DNA of 64,000 bases from Gammaproteobacteria bacterium (GTDB lineage: Bacteria > Pseudomonadota > Gammaproteobacteria > JBCCGL01): NCBI GenBank assembly GCA_965277715.1, contig OZ255836.1, positions 2,752,001-2,816,000 of the forward strand, given 5' to 3'. The position numbers and the translations under genes are program-made. The notes under the pieces were generated by a model. The model searched no databases, was not told the origin of the DNA, and worked only from the letters and a program-made list of their open reading frames with translations. Shown piece after piece: positions 62,801 to 64,000 of the stretch (positions within the stretch are counted from its first letter, which is position 1; each line of letters starts with the position of its first letter).

Positions 62801-64000
62801 ATGGAATTCTGGTTATTAATAGGAGGCGCAGTAATTTTTTACTACGTCATCAAAGCAATGAAAACGCCTTCAAAGCAGCAAGTTCAGAAGAATAATAGAG
62901 CAATTTCCGAAAACGAAATCCGTGTAACCATGATTACGAGCAATCGGGTTGTAGCAAACAGTAATCATGATGATGATTTGGCTACCTTCGATATTTTATA
63001 TGGCTATGAGGAGGAAAAAAGCAAAAATAAAACGCCAGGGAAATGGATAAAATCCGGTGAAGCCATCACCATAAAGGGACAAAAATTTACTGGCGGTAAT
63101 TTTTATTTTGGTGGCAAGCTCAGTTCATTAGACGGATATGGAACTGAAGCGTCACTGGTTGACGATTCATTAAAGATTGAAAACAAACCGTCTAGTTTTG
63201 AAGATGATAGTTTAGGCTATTGGCCTAAATTTATCTCACTCTCACCTAAAGGGCGTGGTGCTTTCCTTAGCTGGCTATCTGGTAACAGAAGTGACTCAGA
63301 AACACCTTTGGGTTATGTGTTTATTTATTTCTATGGTATCGAAAGACGTATTACCGTTGATTCGATACATCAGACAGTAGATGACGCGGAATTTAAATCT
63401 TTGTTTGACGAAATACTACGATTAAAAGACATTTACGGCAGCAGTCGTTCTTTTTCAAATTATTCCACACGACTACTAGAATTTATGTGCTTGCTACGCC
63501 CTCAAGTAGTATCACATCCGGAGTTGGAAAAATTTCCTCAACGGGATTCTCTGTTATTTAAACATCGACTTGCCACTACAATCAGCGAGGAAAAGCCAGT
63601 TCCTGCTGAACTGGCATTGGCATGGATTCGATTTTATCCAGATTATAATCTGAAGAAACCAGCACGGCGTTGTAGCTATGAATTCAGCCAGATGTTTACA
63701 CGCCTCTATAGCAAAAAATATGGGGAAGGCATTGCTGTCAAGCCTAATAAAACACGGTTAAAGATAGAGTATCATCCTGCCAGCTCTTCTTTGCGCGGTA
63801 TATCGTTTCCTCAAAAGGATCTTCCTGATCCTAGTAATTTGAAAGGCCCTACAAATAAATTGATTGCCATCGCCGATGAATGTACAGCTGAGTTAGATGC
63901 TTATAGTCGATATCTTGCTAAATCCGATACGTCCCGCACGGATATTGAAGCCGTATTGCTATTACCAGATGAACTCAGTGACTTAGGATCTACGTTAGGG
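62801..64000 (+). CDS. TerB N-terminal-domain protein, runs off the window
   Basis: N-terminal TM; EASLVD, LGYWP...LSP..R..FL.WL, GYVFIYFYGIERR; absent from the ORF track because it has no stop in the window. Confidence 0.75.
   Translation, partial: MEFWLLIGGAVIFYYVIKAMKTPSKQQVQKNNRAISENEIRVTMITSNRVVANSNHDDDLATFDILYGYEEEKSKNKTPGKWIKSGEAITIKGQKFTGGNFYFGGKLSSLDGYGTEASLVDDSLKIENKPSSFEDDSLGYWPKFISLSPKGRGAFLSWLSGNRSDSETPLGYVFIYFYGIERRITVDSIHQTVDDAEFKSLFDEILRLKDIYGSSRSFSNYSTRLLEFMCLLRPQVVSHPELEKFPQRDSLLFKHRLATTISEEKPVPAELALAWIRFYPDYNLKKPARRCSYEFSQMFTRLYSKKYGEGIAVKPNKTRLKIEYHPASSSLRGISFPQKDLPDPSNLKGPTNKLIAIADECTAELDAYSRYLAKSDTSRTDIEAVLLLPDELSDLGSTLG

Overview
Gammaproteobacterial chromosome segment. 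Core-like genes (c-di-GMP signalling cluster with PilZ, REC-GGDEF-EAL, REC-HD-GYP, binding protein and kinase; amidase; zapE; PhzF; Mo-oxidoreductase; trmL; glycerol ABC operon glpVRSTPQUD; Pif1-like helicase) flank two accessory islands at ~15.2-41.1 kb and ~52.1-64 kb. Both islands are organised around Y1/HUH (RAYT-like) transposase elements bounded by the inverted motif AAAGGGGTCA...TGACCCCTTT. Cargo sits between these elements: a giant adhesin, a collagen-like protein, Rhs toxin/immunity tips, vapBC, anti-phage genes and short copies of neighbouring chromosomal DNA. Two unrelated IS types hit the same motif: an IS1111/IS110 element whose 3' non-coding RNA contains guide segments matching the motif and its own circle junction, and IS4 elements whose 11-bp flanks begin GGGTCA. 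The right island has two attC sites and three copies of an attI-like/promoter block, each followed by a different defence gene. Only a 41-codon integron-integrase remnant is present. All calls come from reading motifs by eye; no database searches were run.
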